Source: Isurus oxyrinchus (taxonomy: Eukaryota). From it: a DNA stretch of 64,000 nucleotides. This document shows, piece after piece, positions 1 through 12,588 of the stretch. The notes beneath the pieces are model-generated. The model was not told the DNA's origin. It searched no databases and saw only the letters and a program-made list of their open reading frames with translations. A program made the position numbers and the translations under genes. The first letter of the stretch is position 1. Every line of letters starts with the position of its first letter. The DNA lies in the NCBI GenBank assembly GCA_026770705.1, contig JANJGN010000049.1, positions 620,001-684,000 of the forward strand, given 5' to 3'.

Positions 1-640
1 CTATCTGTAAATCATCTCCCCTGTAAAAGGAATTTACAAAAACCATCACTGTAAGTACAGGATAGAAATTCAAAACAGACAATTCGAGTTATTTGGTCCA
101 TGCTTTCCCCAAAAACGTGGTCCAATCAAACTGAAAGAAGCTCAAATCAGCAACAAAGTCCCAATAAAAGCAAAGGGAACCTTCCTATCGAAACCCGAAT
201 GTTGTTTCCAGTGTCTATGAGACACTCTGTACCCTGAGGTGCTCTCTGGTTGTGTGTGATATCAAGCATACCGATGGACACCGCATGTTCCCTCTCCATG
301 GCCACCCGGGCACGGACAAGACTACGATGAGAGATTGGCAGCCAGTGTGACCACCCCCATGTGTGTCACCCATCCTGGATCGACAAATTCCTGTTTTTAC
401 CAGGCCCATGAACAGTTACACTCCCCCTTCACACTGGTCAGACAAAGATTAGGAGCGTGGGGCTGAAGTGTCACCAAAAATTGAGGATGAACCTCTTCAG
501 GTAACTACACAGGGGCTGCAACTTCTCACCCTGAACATATACAAGACCCATGGACTCCTCCCGGCAGCAAACATCCTGCACCCTGGGACTGTGTGAAGCT
601 GCTCCAAACCTGGGCCGAATTATTCTCACGGCACTAGGAC
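1..640 (-). mobile_element. 3' end of a Tx1/L1-clade non-LTR retrotransposon (decayed ORF2 C-terminus plus 3' UTR)
   Basis: Minus-strand frames read CCREESMGLVYVQGEKLQPLCSYLKRFILNFW and RARVAMEREHAVSIGMLD, resembling the zinc-knuckle and C-terminal region of Tx1-like ORF2; broken by stops and frameshifts. Confidence 0.6.
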
Positions 641-699
641 CTGCTGGGAACCGGGACCCTGAAGCCCCGCCCACTAATTGTTACATCGCCAAAGTGGCC

Positions 700-1070
700 G
701 CGCTTGCGTACTACTCCCCGCTGAAACAAAATGGCGGCTCCTAACCTGGTCCTGGTTTTATTTTAATTTATTTAATTTGTTCCTGGGATGTGCGCGTCAC
801 TGGCCAGGCCAGAATTTATTACCCATCCCTCGCTGCCCTTGGTCAGAGTCAACCACATTGCTGTGGGCAAGAGAAATAGACCCGGAGATGCCAACCCGGG
901 ACCTTCACCAGGTGTTTATAAACCCTCCCCGTCCATCTCCCGGCTCCATCGCTCCCACCGCGTTTCCACATCCTCACCGGCTGCAGATGTGGCCGAGGAG
1001 CTTCACTCGCCATCGTCATCACTGACATAGCGCATGCTCCAAACATTATCCATCACTGCGCCTGCGCACC
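700..1070. promoter_or_regulatory. CpG-containing promoter-like segment with YY1 and NRF1 motifs; possible minus-strand first exon ending at 978
   Basis: CAAAATGGCGGC (YY1 consensus) near 727-738; TGCGCCTGCGCA (NRF1-like) near 1057-1068; minus-strand donor G|GTGAGG at 977-972. Confidence 0.35.
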
Positions 1071-1489
1071 ACTCTCTAGTGGTGGATGGGGGACAGTCAC
1101 GTGGAGAATGCTGGGTAAAGGTACCGCCTTTGAATGTCCAATCAGAAATGGTGATTTTTTGTCTTGATGTGGAGTTTGGGGCAGTGGGCTATTCAATAAA
1201 ATTAGCAATTAATTGATAAAAAATCTAAATGAATAGAGCATCTATCATCCACCCAGAACAATGGGAGTGGGAATTGTCCATCTAAGTAAAGTCAATTAAT
1301 ACTTAATGAAGGGCACATCATTCTCTGTATCTTTACCGAACATCGACATGCTAAGGGAGAAATGAATGACCTTGAAACACCATGTCTACATCGCACTAAA
1401 CTGTCTGAAATTCATAATAGAAGCCACATGGAATAAAATATTGAGAAATATTAAACCACTAACAAAATGTTTTTTCAAATATATTTGGG

Positions 1490-1935
1490 GGAGACAGTGG
1501 CATCGTGGAAGTGTCAATAAACCAGTAATCCAGAAGACCAGCCTGTGGTCTTGGGTTCAAACCCTACTGTGATAGCTGATGGAATTTAAATTCAATTAAT
1601 AAACTTGGAATTGAAAGCTAGCCTCTTATCCACCCTGCGGACACACCAATAGATACACACTGAAGAGAGACCATTCACCATGCTCTGAGCATGGGAAGGG
1701 ATTTAATTAGTCATCCCACCAGCTGACACACCAGCAAGTTCACAAAAATGCCTATACGGAAGGAAATCTGCCATCCTAACCTGGTGTGGCCTACGTGTAA
1801 CTCCAAATCCACCGAAATGTGGTTGACTGTGAAAGGCCCTCTGAAATGGTATGGCAAGCCACTTGCTTCAAGGGCAGTTGGGGATGGGCAAAAAATGTTG
1901 GCCTTGCCCACATTCCATGAACGAAAGTGTTTAAC
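1490..1935 (+). mobile_element. tRNA-derived SINE with L2-type 3' tail (SacSINE/Deu-SINE-like)
   Basis: A/B-box-like head (gagacagtggcatcgtgg...gggttcaaaccc), body gaatttaaattcaattaataaa, and tail aagggcagttgggatgggcaaaaaatgttggcc shared with the L2 tails in this window. Confidence 0.65.
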
Positions 1936-2049
1936 ACCCTCCATCACTGAATGGCTACAATTTTGGAAAGAATTAAAGTCAGAGGCCCCAGAAAAGATGC
2001 ACGAGAACAGTTCCCCTTCCATGGAAAACAAACCAACTTTACCCTAACC

Positions 2050-2960
2050 TAACTGAAGTTCCTCATTTCTTGTGAATCTTTTCTGTACATTCTCTAATGC
2101 CTCACGTTCTTTCTGAAGTGAGGTGCTCAGAATCGGACACAATACTGCAGGTTGGGGCCAAGCCAGTGTTTTATTCAGGTTTATCCTAACTTGGTTGCTT
2201 TTGTACCTAATTCTCCTGTTCATAAAGCCTAGGATTCCACATGCTTTATTCACTGGTTTCTCAGCCTGTCCTGCCAACTTCAATGATTTGTGTACATAAA
2301 GCCCCAGATTCCATTGCTCCTGCACTCTTTTACACTTGTATCCTTTATTTTATATTACCTCTCCTCATTCTTCCCACCAAAATGAATCACTTCACACCTC
2401 TCTGAATTAAATTTTATCTGCCACCTGTCTGTTCATTCCACCATCTCCTCTATGTCCTCGTGAAGTTTTTCACTATTCTCCTCCTGTAAATACAACTTGA
2501 AAATTTAGTTTCGTTTGCAAATTTTGAAATGTTGTCCTGCACATACAAGTCTAGGTCATTAATATATATCAAGAAATCAGTGGTCTGACCACCGACCCCC
2601 TGTGAACCCACTGTATACTTTTCCTCAATCTGCAAAAACAACCAACTACCATGCATGTTGTTTCATGTCACGCAGCCAATGCTGCCTCTGTCCCATGGAT
2701 TATAAATTTGGGAACAAGCCTATTACTTGGTGCTGTATCAAATGCCTTTTAGAATTTCATGTGCACATCAACCGTGTTACCCTCATCAACGTTCTCTGTT
2801 CCTGTACCAAAAAACTCAAGCAATTAGTTCAATATGATTTGTCCTGACTAAATCCATGCTGGCTTTAATTAACCCACAATTGTACAAGTGACTTAATTTT
2901 GACCGGAATTGCCACTTCCAAATGCTTTCCCACAGAGAGGCTAAACTGACTGATCTATTG
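2050..2960 (-). mobile_element. CR1-type LINE fragment (RT C-terminal part)
   Basis: ORFs 2044-2325 (LGLYVHKSLK...KACGILGFMNR...ALENVQKRFTR) and 2450-2656 (FLIYINDLD...ISKFANETK, a degenerate FADD motif). Confidence 0.85.
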
Positions 2961-3164
2961 ATGCTGGGCTATTTAAGATTAGTAAGGATTTAATATTCAT
3001 GCCAGGAAGTGTGATGAAAATGAGGGAAGTGGTGAAATTGTAATTACACTTAAAGACACTGATAACTGACACACAGCTGAATAGTTAATCAGATTTCAAT
3101 ATATTAAGTACAGGTAACAAATTAATTTATGAATTATTAATAACGTCAGACAGAGGGTTTGGAA

Positions 3165-4545
3165 TGGAGAAACAAAAAACTGTGATGCTTAAAATATGAA
3201 ATGAAAACAGTAAAAACTGGAAACATTCAGCAAAACTAGGAGAATCTGTGGAGAGAGAAACAGAATTGAGGTTTCAGGTCTGTGACCCAGTGAACGGTGG
3301 GAGGTGGGAAGAGGAACAGAAGGAAAGGTCTGTGAAAGACTGCAGGGAGGTAGAGATTAACTGACAAAAGGCTTCATGATGTAAGGTCAAAGGGAGTGGT
3401 AATGGCCCCATTAAAGCACAAAAGCTGTTTCGAGATTAGGTGTGAATGGCACGATAACGACAGTCTGAATGCAATGTGAAGAAAATGAGAGGAATGCGAA
3501 AGGAAAATAAGGACTCAAAGAAACAAGAAACAAATGGGGGCAGAGATTATCATAGAAAATTGTTGAACTCAAATTTTGATTCCCGAAGTCTGTAAAGTGT
3601 CTCCCTTTGACCTGCTAATAAACTGTTACATTTTTAGTTATTCTCAGGTTAGATGAAAGGTCAGAGAGCTGTCACGTTAGCTCTGTTTCTATCTTCATAG
3701 TTGAAGGCCGGGGCGGTGATGGGGTGAGGTGTCTGGAGGAAGCCTGACACACACACTGCACAGGGTGAGCTGGGGAAAGAGGAGGAATTACTTAGCAGGG
3801 AGCCAAGAGCCAGAGCAGAAGCTGGGAATCACTGGAATGGAGCAGCAGGATAAATACACAATCATAGAATGGTTACAGCTCAGAAGGAGATCATTCAGGC
3901 CATCGTGTCTGTGTTGGCCCCCTGAAGGAACAACTTTCCTCCGGCCACCACAGGGCTATGGGCCAAGTGCTGGAAAATAGAATTAGAACAGATACATGCT
4001 GATGGCCGGCACAGACACGATGGGTTGAAGGGCCTGTTTCTGTGCTGTATAACTCTATGAATCTATGACCATCCTGCCTTTGCCCCGTAGCCCTATGATT
4101 AAATAAGTCTTAAACAAGACTTGTATGAAAGAAAAACAAAAATAGCTCGAGAAACTCAGCAGGTCTGACAGCATCAACAGAGAGGAATACAGTAAACTTT
4201 TCGAGCCCTTTTGACTCTTCATCAGAACTAAGGAAAAATAGAAATGAGATGAAATATAAGCTGGTTGAGTGGGGTGGGACAGGTAGAACTGGATAGAGGG
4301 CCAGTGATATGTGGAGGCAAAGGAGAGATTGCCAAAGATGCCATAGACAAAAGGACAAAGGGGTGTTGACGTTGGTGATATTAGCTAAAGGATCTGCTAG
4401 TGGTGACATTAAGAGTAGAAAGCAGGACGAGCAAGTGGCAGGTAGCCCTAGTTGGGGTCGGGTTGGGGGAAGGGATCGAAATGGGGTAGAAGTTGGAGAT
4501 AAAACATTGAATGGAAATACATTTAAAAATAAAAGAAATGGGTGG
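3165..4545. mobile_element. Penelope-derived terminal-repeat fragments interleaved with two CR1 3' ends in opposite orientation (3850-4075)
   Basis: Family motif aaactcagcaggtctgacagcatc...gagagagaaacag at about 3210-3290 and 4150-4230; CR1 tail gatgggttgaagggcctgtttctgtgctgtataactctatga at about 4020-4065. Confidence 0.6.
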
Positions 4546-4654
4546 GGGGAGTGAGGTGTAGGATAATGTACCTGTTCAGGTCAGTGAGGATCCCCAAGGT
4601 CCATCAGCCATCTTCATGCAGTGTTCAGAAGGCCCTCGGGGAGGAAAGGAAGAA

Positions 4655-5130
4655 TTTTAAAAATTTCATTCTCAGGATGTTGGCTTCGCTGGCTGGGTCA
4701 GCATTTATTGCCCATTCCTAGTTGCCCTTGAGAAGGTGGTGGTGAGCTGCCTTCCTGAACTGCTGCAGTCCATTTGGTGTAGGTATACCCACAGTGCTGT
4801 TAGGAAGGGATTTCCAGGATTTTGACCCAGCAACAGTGAAGGAACGGCGATGTATTTCCAAGTCGGGTGAGTGACTTGGATAGGAACTTCCAGGTGGTGG
4901 TTGTGTTCCCATCTATCTGCTGCCTTTGTCCTTCCAAATGGTAGTGGTCGTGCATTTGGAAGGTGCTGTCAAACGAGCCTTGGTGAATTCCTGCAGTGGA
5001 TCATGTAGATGGAACACGCTGCTGCTACTGTGCCTCTATGGTGGAGGGAGTGAATGTTTGTGGATGTGGTGCTAATCAAGTGGACTGCTTTGTCCTGGAC
5101 AGTGTCTAGCTTCATCAGTGTTTTAGGAGC
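4655..5130 (-). mobile_element. L2-type LINE/SINE 3' tail
   Basis: gcatttattgcccattcctagttgcccttgagaaggtggtggtgagctgccttc; the same tail recurs at about 6640, 31300, 34940, 61190 and 62750. Confidence 0.75.
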
Positions 5131-5294
5131 TGCACACACCTAGGCAAACTACACATGTCCATTTGGGACACAGCACAGGGTGGCAGATCACCCCTCCCCC
5201 ATTCTCCTGACTATACAAAGGACTCACCTTGAACTGTCCCACACATAGGCAGGGTGGGGTCAAGGTGCAGGAAGCTGCAAGCTGGTAGGTTGAG

Positions 5295-5430
5295 CTGTGA
5301 AATGGGCGGAGTTAGCGCGGTTTGAGTGACAGGTCTGGGGCTATATCAGAGCAGGCACAGTCACGGATCACACAGTCACGGATTCCCCCTTTTCCTCGTG
5401 GATGTTTCACTGGAGTCGTATTGGTGAGTG
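5295..5430 (+). promoter_or_regulatory. Candidate promoter and non-coding first exon of the zinc-finger gene
   Basis: GC box GGGCGG at about 5305; consensus donor G|GTGAGT at 5424; nearby NRF1-like TGCGCAAGCGCA (about 5576-5587) and YY1-like GCCGCCATT (about 5886-5894). Confidence 0.4.
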
Positions 5431-5964
5431 TTTCTAAACTCTGTCTCACTATCCGGGAATGGAGGTAGATTGGAGGATGCTGTGAATTTTGGATTATATT
5501 GTTTCTCCTTGTATCGTTTCTCTTTGCAGTGATTCTGGATTTGGGACAGTTGTTAGTCTCCGTTCCTGGTGTTGGTGCGCAAGCGCAGAAGCGCTGCTTG
5601 TTGTTCTGTAATAATGGCGGGTATTCCTACCCAGAATGCCCCGCCTGGTTGAATACAGTCTATCTCCATCAGCAGGGAACCAACCCATCCTCATTCCACA
5701 ATTATGAATTTAATTTTCCATTTATCTGCGTAGTTGGCAAGTCTGTTTATGTCTTGCTGTAATTTGCTGCAGGTCTTCACCTCATTAGCTCTCACTGCAG
5801 ACTGCAACAACCGCCCATTGACCAGAAAATAAACTACTTTTAGATAGAGCGGTTTATGAGGTGAATAGCATTGTGGGAACATTGGCCGCCATTACTCAGC
5901 AGCTGTCGCTGAGAGTTTTCATGCAGAATGGAGGCAGATCAGCAACCAGAGCCCAATGCTCTGT

Positions 5965-6352
5965 TTCTTAATCATTTATGCTGCTTGACCTGCTGGATAT
6001 TTAAAGAATTTTATATTTTAATTTCAGATCCAACCTCGCAGAGTTTTGCTTTTGTTTTATTGTTTTATGGAACCAAGTCTCAAAACACAGACAGGCCAAT
6101 CAGGATAAAAGCAAAATACTGCAGATGCTGGAAATCGGAAATCAAAACTGAAAACACTGGGAAAACTCAACAGACCTGACAGAATCTGTGGAGAGAGAAA
6201 CAAAGTTAACGCTTCAAGTTTGTATGATGCTTCTTCAGAGCTGTGTTCTCTTCAATGCTCTGAAGATGACTTGAAACATTAATTCTGCTTCTCTCTCCAC
6301 AGGTGCTGTCAGTCCTGCTGAGTTTATCCAGCATTTTCTGTTATTATTTCAG
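5965..6352. mobile_element. Self-inverted (hairpin) Penelope-derived element
   Basis: Arm 6100-6240 (atgctggaaatc...ctcaacagacctgacagaatctgtggagagagaaac) and inverted arm 6255-6352 (ctctctccacaggtgctgtcagtcctgctgagtttatccagcatttt). Confidence 0.65.
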
Positions 6353-6599
6353 ACCAATTGGGAGCCGGTTTGAATTAGGGTGGGTGTTGGATGGGGGTCT
6401 ATTTTTATTACATCATTTTGAGCTTGGGTGGAGTTGGAGGAGAAGCTGCTGGGTTGAACCCTGTCAGGCCCAGAACTTTCAAATGTGTGACTGCCAAGGG
6501 AGATAGAGTCTGGGGGAGATCAGGTTGCTAAAGGGATACAACCCATTCAATTTCAGAGTACTGTTTTCATATCAAATATAGTTATAGTGCTTTTGTATC

Positions 6600-7480
6600 C
6601 GAGATTTTTTGTTAACTCCCTTCTTGGTATTTGGGTGTCATTAACAAGACCAGCAGATATTGTAAACCCCCAGCTGTCTGTTCGTCAGGTGTTGGTGGGC
6701 CTTCTTCCTGAACCACTGCAGTCGCTGTGGTGAAGCTGCTCCCACAATGCTGTTTGGTAAGGAGTTGCAAGATTTTCGCTTAGTGATGATTTATGTCCAA
6801 ATCAACAACAACACCTTGTATTTATATAACACCCTGGATAGCATAAAATCTTCCAAAGTATTTCACAGGGATATTATACTGGAATATTTAACACTGAGGC
6901 ACACAAGCAGACATCAGGGCAGATGGTCAACAGCATGATCAAAGATGTACATTTTAAGGGGAGTCTTAAAGGGTGAGAGGAAGGCAGAGAAGTCTAAGGA
7001 GGGAATTCCAGAGCTTATGGCCTGGGCAGCTGAAGGCACGGTCACAAATGGTGGGTTTGATAAAATCAGGGATGCTCAAAAGGCCATAACGAGATGAGCC
7101 CTGATATCTGGGAGGGATGTAGTTTGGAGGATATTATAGAGATGGTTGAGGGGCGAGATCACTGAAGGATTTGAAATTGAGGATGAGGGTTGAACGTTCA
7201 AATGCTGTTTAACCAGGAATAAATGTTCAGTGAGCACAGGATTGTTGAATGAGCGAGTTTTAGTGTGATTAAAGATGCAGGAAACAGAGTTTTAAATGAC
7301 CCCATCTTTATGTGGGTAGCAAGGAATAGTCCAGTTTAGCGGGAACAAGGGAATATATGACTTTCAGCAGATGAGCTGAGGCAGGAGTGAAGTTAGACAA
7401 AGTTACTAAGATGTAAATAGGCCGTCTTAGTGATGTGTCATCAGAAGCTGAGCTTGGGGTGAAATATGTCGGATCGAAAT
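6600..7480 (-). mobile_element. L2-type LINE fragments (3' tail and RT-region remnants)
   Basis: L2 tail at 6640-6740; minus frame ASAHLLKVIYSLVPAKLDYSLL is the degenerate L2 'AETLIHAFVTSRLDYSN' region. Confidence 0.6.
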
Positions 7481-8149
7481 TCCTTCCAGCTGGAAAATTT
7501 AAGGACCATAATTTCAAACCCACGGACATGTGTTGGCCTCATTATTTTAACAATAAATTTCAAAAAGGTAAGCTGCAGTCAGCAGTACAGAGCTGGGAAA
7601 CAATGGGTTAATTTGGACAGTTAATGAAAATACAGTGAATCACCAAAATTGTTCGGACTTTGACTAACACCATCAAGAAACCTGATTACCCAATACAATG
7701 GAATAAAGGATATATCATCAATACAATACACATAAGGAATTATTTAGCTACCAAAGAAAATTGCATTGGAATAGAGTCATTCAATCCCTCATTAACTTTG
7801 GAGCCAGTTGCTGTTACTGTGCCACCTCAAACAGCAGGAGGATTGCTCATACAGTGAAAACTGATAATATACGTCTATATACATCATCCATGGAAAACCC
7901 TGTATTGTTTCAACCAGCAGGAGCTGATGACATTTCTCTGGACTTTGCTTGGAGTCAACTAAATGGACATTGGAACAACAGTAAATATGTTTTAACATTC
8001 CTGAGTAAAATTATTATAAAAGCAGAGCAGATTTGAGTACCTAAGCTGCAGCTGCAAAAAGGATTGAGTTTGTTCACCTCGACTCAGGCTGACAGTCAAC
8101 ATCAGACAGAGCAGTTGTGTTGGGGTTTGTAATTTACAGACAAATGGTA

Positions 8150-8346
8150 GTGATATTGGTCTGAGAGTTTTGTGAAGGCCTGGGGCGAAAACTTGGTGCT
8201 TTTTGCCAGTACCATGTTACTTCAGCCCTATCTTGGTGATATTGGTCTGAGGGTTTTGTGAAGGCTTGGGGCGAAAACGTGGTGACTTTTGCCGGTATCT
8301 TGTAACTTGTTTCAGCCCTATCTTGGTGATATTGGTCTGAGGGTTT
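8150..8346. repeat. Short tandem repeat, about 86-90 bp unit, about 2.2 copies
   Basis: gtgatattggtctgag restarts at 8150, 8236 and 8326, with near-identical sequence between. Confidence 0.85.
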
Positions 8347-8574
8347 CTTCTTAAGGTTTCAGGATAGGACATAGTGTTTTGCCTGTGCTTTGTAAATTTT
8401 AACTGAGTCGTGGTGACTTTGTGTCGGGTACTGGGAATAGGTTGTTTTAAATTTTGGGTTTGTACTGCAGGGTTGTGGGCAATTCAATAAAGCAATTGTG
8501 AATATCAGAAGAAACCTGTCTGACTGGTCACCCTTTTCAACCCATACACTTGTGAATCTGGTGTCCCGAGCTTT

Positions 8575-8960
8575 AGCGTAGGGAGGGTCTCTGAGGGAAA
8601 AGGGGGGCCCCTACAAATATGGCACCAAGATTGTGAACAGCCTGGTTCAGACTCTCTAAGTTGCAAGGGAGATGGATGACATTGATACTTAGTGAGTGAA
8701 GATTGTAGCAGGGAGTGAAAACAATGACTTTAATCTTCCCAATGTTTAAATGGAGGAAATTTCTGCTCATCCAGTGCTGGATATCAGACAAGTCAGGACG
8801 GTGTGTGACTTGGAGGGGAACTTCGGGGTGATGGTGTTCACAAACACCTTCTACCCTGGTCCTTCTATGTGGTGGAGGATGAGGGTTTTGGAGATTCTGT
8901 CAACGTGCTGGCAGAGTTTTAGATACATAAAATCCATCTCCTTCACCCCCTGATGCTCCC
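8575..8960 (-). mobile_element. L2 RT fragment
   Basis: ORF 8573-8791 MSDIQHWMSRNFLHLNIGKIKVIVF matches the L2 RT C-terminal LSDIQxWMxxNFLxLNxxKT pattern. Confidence 0.75.
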
Positions 8961-9306
8961 ATCTCCCTCTTGCTTTCCTCCCATAGATGCTGGAGTTTTC
9001 TGTAGGCCCTGGCCACTTGGCAAGTTCCCTTCCCTGAAGGTCATGAGTGAACCTGTTGTGTTTTTATAATAATCCAGCAGTTTTCATGGTCATTTTTCCC
9101 CAGTGCCGGCCCCACATATTCCCAGATTAATTCAGCTCAATTTCACAAGCTATATTTTTGTTTTTGTAGGTTTACTCTCACTCCTTTTTTTCTGTTTTGA
9201 ATTATTTTCACAGGATTTGAAGTCCCGAATCTCAAACACAACATTATATCAGGGTCTGACGATGTTGCCCAATTTATTGTAAATAAAATATCATCGGATT
9301 TTGAAT

Positions 9307-10008
9307 ATGGAAGTTAAAAGCCTTGTTGACATTGTGGAGAAACCGTACACATGCTCCATGTGTGGACGAGGCTTCAGCCGAACACCTGACCTTTCAGAAC
9401 ACAAGTACAGTCACACTGGAGAGAATCCATGGAAATGTGAGGACTGTGGGAAGGGTTTCAATTATCCATCCCAGCTGGAAACTCACCAGCGCACTCTCAC
9501 TGGTGAGAGACCATTTACATGTTCAATGTGTGGGAAGGGATTCACTCAGTTGTCCAGCCTGCGGACATACGAGCAAGTTCACGCTCAGGAGAGACCATTT
9601 ACCTGCTCTCCGTGTAAAATGGGATTCGCTGATTCACCCACCCGACTGAAACATAAGCAAGTTCACACAGCAGAAAGTCACTTCACCTGCTCCGCGTGTG
9701 GGAAGGGATTCACTCGTCAATTCAATCTACTGAGACACCAGAGAGTTCACACTGGGGAGAGGCCGTTTACCTGCTTCATGTGTGGGAAGGGATTCACTCG
9801 TCAATTCCATCTACTGAGACATCAGAGAGTTCACACTGGGGAGAGGCCGTTTACCTGCTCCGAGTGTGGGAAGGGATTCACTCAGTTATCCAACCTGCTT
9901 ACACACCAGAGAGTTCACACTGGGGAGAGGCCATTCCCCTGCTCCAAGTGTGGGAAGAGATTCACTCAGTTATCCAACATGCTGAGACACCAGCGAGTTC
10001 ACAAATAA
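9307..10008 (+). CDS. C2H2 (Kruppel-type) zinc-finger protein, 8 fingers (2 degenerate), no KRAB domain visible
   Basis: ATG at 9307 and TAA at 10006-10008; repeated CxxCGKGF...HQRVH with TGERP linkers; splice acceptor ttttcacag| ending 9213 just upstream; AATAAA at 10085-10090. Confidence 0.85.
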   Translation: MEVKSLVDIVEKPYTCSMCGRGFSRTPDLSEHKYSHTGENPWKCEDCGKGFNYPSQLETHQRTLTGERPFTCSMCGKGFTQLSSLRTYEQVHAQERPFTCSPCKMGFADSPTRLKHKQVHTAESHFTCSACGKGFTRQFNLLRHQRVHTGERPFTCFMCGKGFTRQFHLLRHQRVHTGERPFTCSECGKGFTQLSNLLTHQRVHTGERPFPCSKCGKRFTQLSNMLRHQRVHK

Positions 10009-10249
10009 CTGCTCGGGTTGGTTATAATTCCCAATGACATCCTGGTCTGAAGCATATTCATTGGAGAGTGTTTCTGCTGATGTTAATAAACTCCAGGCCA
10101 GTTACAGATTCTGGATAAAATTCAAGTAAACCAGCTTTGTGTTAAACCCGGTATGTTGAGTCTTTTTGATATCTCAAGCACAAGTTAGATTCTTTTGTCT
10201 CCCACATCCTCACCACCAACAACAAGTGCGAGGAGCTCAGAGATCTTGT

Positions 10250-10810
10250 TTGTCGCTACGACTGAGACAACCTGATCTCTGCTGCTTCTCTCCCTTCCAT
10301 GAATCCATCCGGGCAAATTGTCTCTAAATTTCCCCCTTGCCTGAGCCCTGAACTCGCATCTTTCTCCAGTTTCTCTCGCATCTCCTCACATGCCCTCTGT
10401 GTGCACCACCTGCTTCATTGACCTTATTCCCATAAAACTACTGACCATCCAAATTCCACATTTTTGCTGACGTTGACAATGGTTCTGACATTGTCACTGG
10501 TTCTCTCTTTTTTAGGTACTGTCCCTCTCTCCTTTAAATCTTCCATAATTATCACTGTCCGTTAATAAAAACAAACCCTTCACTACTCCATCTTTGCATG
10601 CTGCTGCCCCATCTCCAGACCCACTTTCCTTTCATAAATCCTTAAAGGTTTTGTAATCTCCCAATTCCGTGTCCATCTTTCCCAGAACTTCCTGCTTGAA
10701 TCCCTCTATGTTTCTGCCCCATCACGGTTACAAAACAGTTCTTATCAAAGCCACAAGTGACATCCTATGTGGCTGTGACAAAGGTAAACTTTCCCTTCTG
10801 GTCCTTCCTC
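10250..10810 (+). mobile_element. L2 RT fragment
   Basis: ORF 10669-10893 GYKTVLIKATSDILCGCDKGKLSLLVL matches the L2 RT HSTETALxKVxNDILxxxDxGxxSLLVLLD region. Confidence 0.7.
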
Positions 10811-10859
10811 GCCTTCCAGGAGTGGAGACAGCTGGACCTGCGAGGGACACCTCTGCTCG

Positions 10860-12545
10860 GACAGTGGGCGGAGTTTGGAAAAAAAATCCATGAGTAACAT
10901 CACAGGAAAACTAGAAGCTGCTGTTAGGGAGTGTGTTTAAATAGCTTAAAACTAGAAAAACGTTTCATTTATAAAGAAGTAGCCACTTGGTTTTGAGTAA
11001 GGAACAGTAGCAATAGGGAAGGAATGTTAATTCAAGTCAAAAGTGAAATATAGTAATAAAGCAAACCAAAGTAAGATAAAGTTAGCAGAAGCATAGTAAA
11101 GTTGTTACTAATAATTTATTCTACTCTAAGTGTAATAAATTAGAAGTAAATAAAGTTGGTAACAAGAAGTGTTTGTGAGTCCAGAAGGCAGGATAAACAA
11201 GCAGAGCATTGAGTATGCTTTGAATGCAGAATTATGTCAAAAACACAAAGTTAAGGGGGCTCCACCTGAATGTGTGCAACATTCACAATAAGGTAGATGA
11301 TGTAAAGGCACAAATAGAGGTAAATGGGTACGATATTATTGCCATTATGCAAACATGGCTGTATGGTGACCAAGACTGGAAACTGAATATTCAACGATAT
11401 TCGATGTTCAGTAAAGACAGTCAAGGGAAAGGAAGTGGAGTTGTGCCAAATAAAAATGGTAATGTGGGGTGTGGTATTAATCAGGAGATGAGAGAAGCAT
11501 GTAGCATAGGCAATACATTGATCATGGGTGACTTCAATCTGCATATAGGCTGGGTAAATCAATTGAGCACTGATGCTGTGGAAGACGAGTTTCTGCAGTG
11601 TGTTGGGGATGGTTTGCTAGAGCAGTATGTTGAGGAGCCGGCTAGAGGACGACTGGATGAAACAAAGCCAGGTGGTAATGTGTGTAGTGAGGAAGGTGTA
11701 AAGCGGCTACAGGAGAATTTGGACAGACCTATTGACTGGTCAAGGACATGACAGATGGAATATAATGTAAGAATATGTAGATTGTCCATTTTAGTAGATG
11801 TGCAGAGTACTTCCTAAATGATAAGAGATTAGAAAGTGTAGATCTGCAAAGGGACCTGGGTGTCCTTGTCCATAAGCCACTGGAGGCTAACTTGCAGGTG
11901 CAGCAAGCTATTTGGAAGGCTAATGGAATGTTAGCCTTTATCACAAGAGGATTTCAGTACAGGAGTAGTGAAGTCTTGCTTTAATTTTATGGAAGCTTGT
12001 TTAGACCGCACCTGGAGCATTGTTTTGGTCTCCTTATGTCAGAAAGGATATTATTGCCATAAGGAGAATGCAACCAGTTCACCAGACTTATTCCAGGGAT
12101 GGCCGGGCTGTTTTATGAAAAGAGATTGGGGAAACTGGTCCTGTTTTCTCTAAAGTTTCGAAGAATGAGAGGTGATCTTATTGAAACCCACAAAATACTG
12201 AAAGAAATCAGCAGGGTAAATGCAGATAAGATGTTCCCCGTGGTTGGGGAGTCCAGAACCAGGGGACACAATTTCAAAATAAGGGGGAAGCTCCTTAGGA
12301 CCGAGAGTAGGAGAAATTTCTTTACTCAGTGGGTTGTGAATCTTTGGAATTCTCTACCCTAGAGGGCTGTGGAAGATCAGTCACAAGTATTTTTAAGGTA
12401 GAGATCGACAGATTTCTGATTAACAATAATGTAATGGATTATGGGGATAGTGTTGGTAAAAGGCATTGAAGTGTACAATCAGCCAGGAGCTTATTGAATG
12501 GCAGAGCAGGCTGGATGGGCTGAATGGCCTTCTCCTGTTCCTACA
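10860..12545 (+). mobile_element. Internally deleted CR1 LINE (endonuclease N-terminus joined to RT C-terminus and 3' end)
   Basis: ORF 11224-11751 begins with an APE domain (LHLNVCNIHNK...YDIIAIMQTWL...IMGDFN) and jumps to RLQENLDR; downstream RMRGDLIETHKIL...RNFFTQWVVNLWNSLP; 3' tail gggctgaatggccttctcctgttcc. Confidence 0.85.
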
Positions 12546-12588
12546 TTTGCGGCGGGGCCCTCTCTCCTAGGCCTTAGATTCCATGTGA

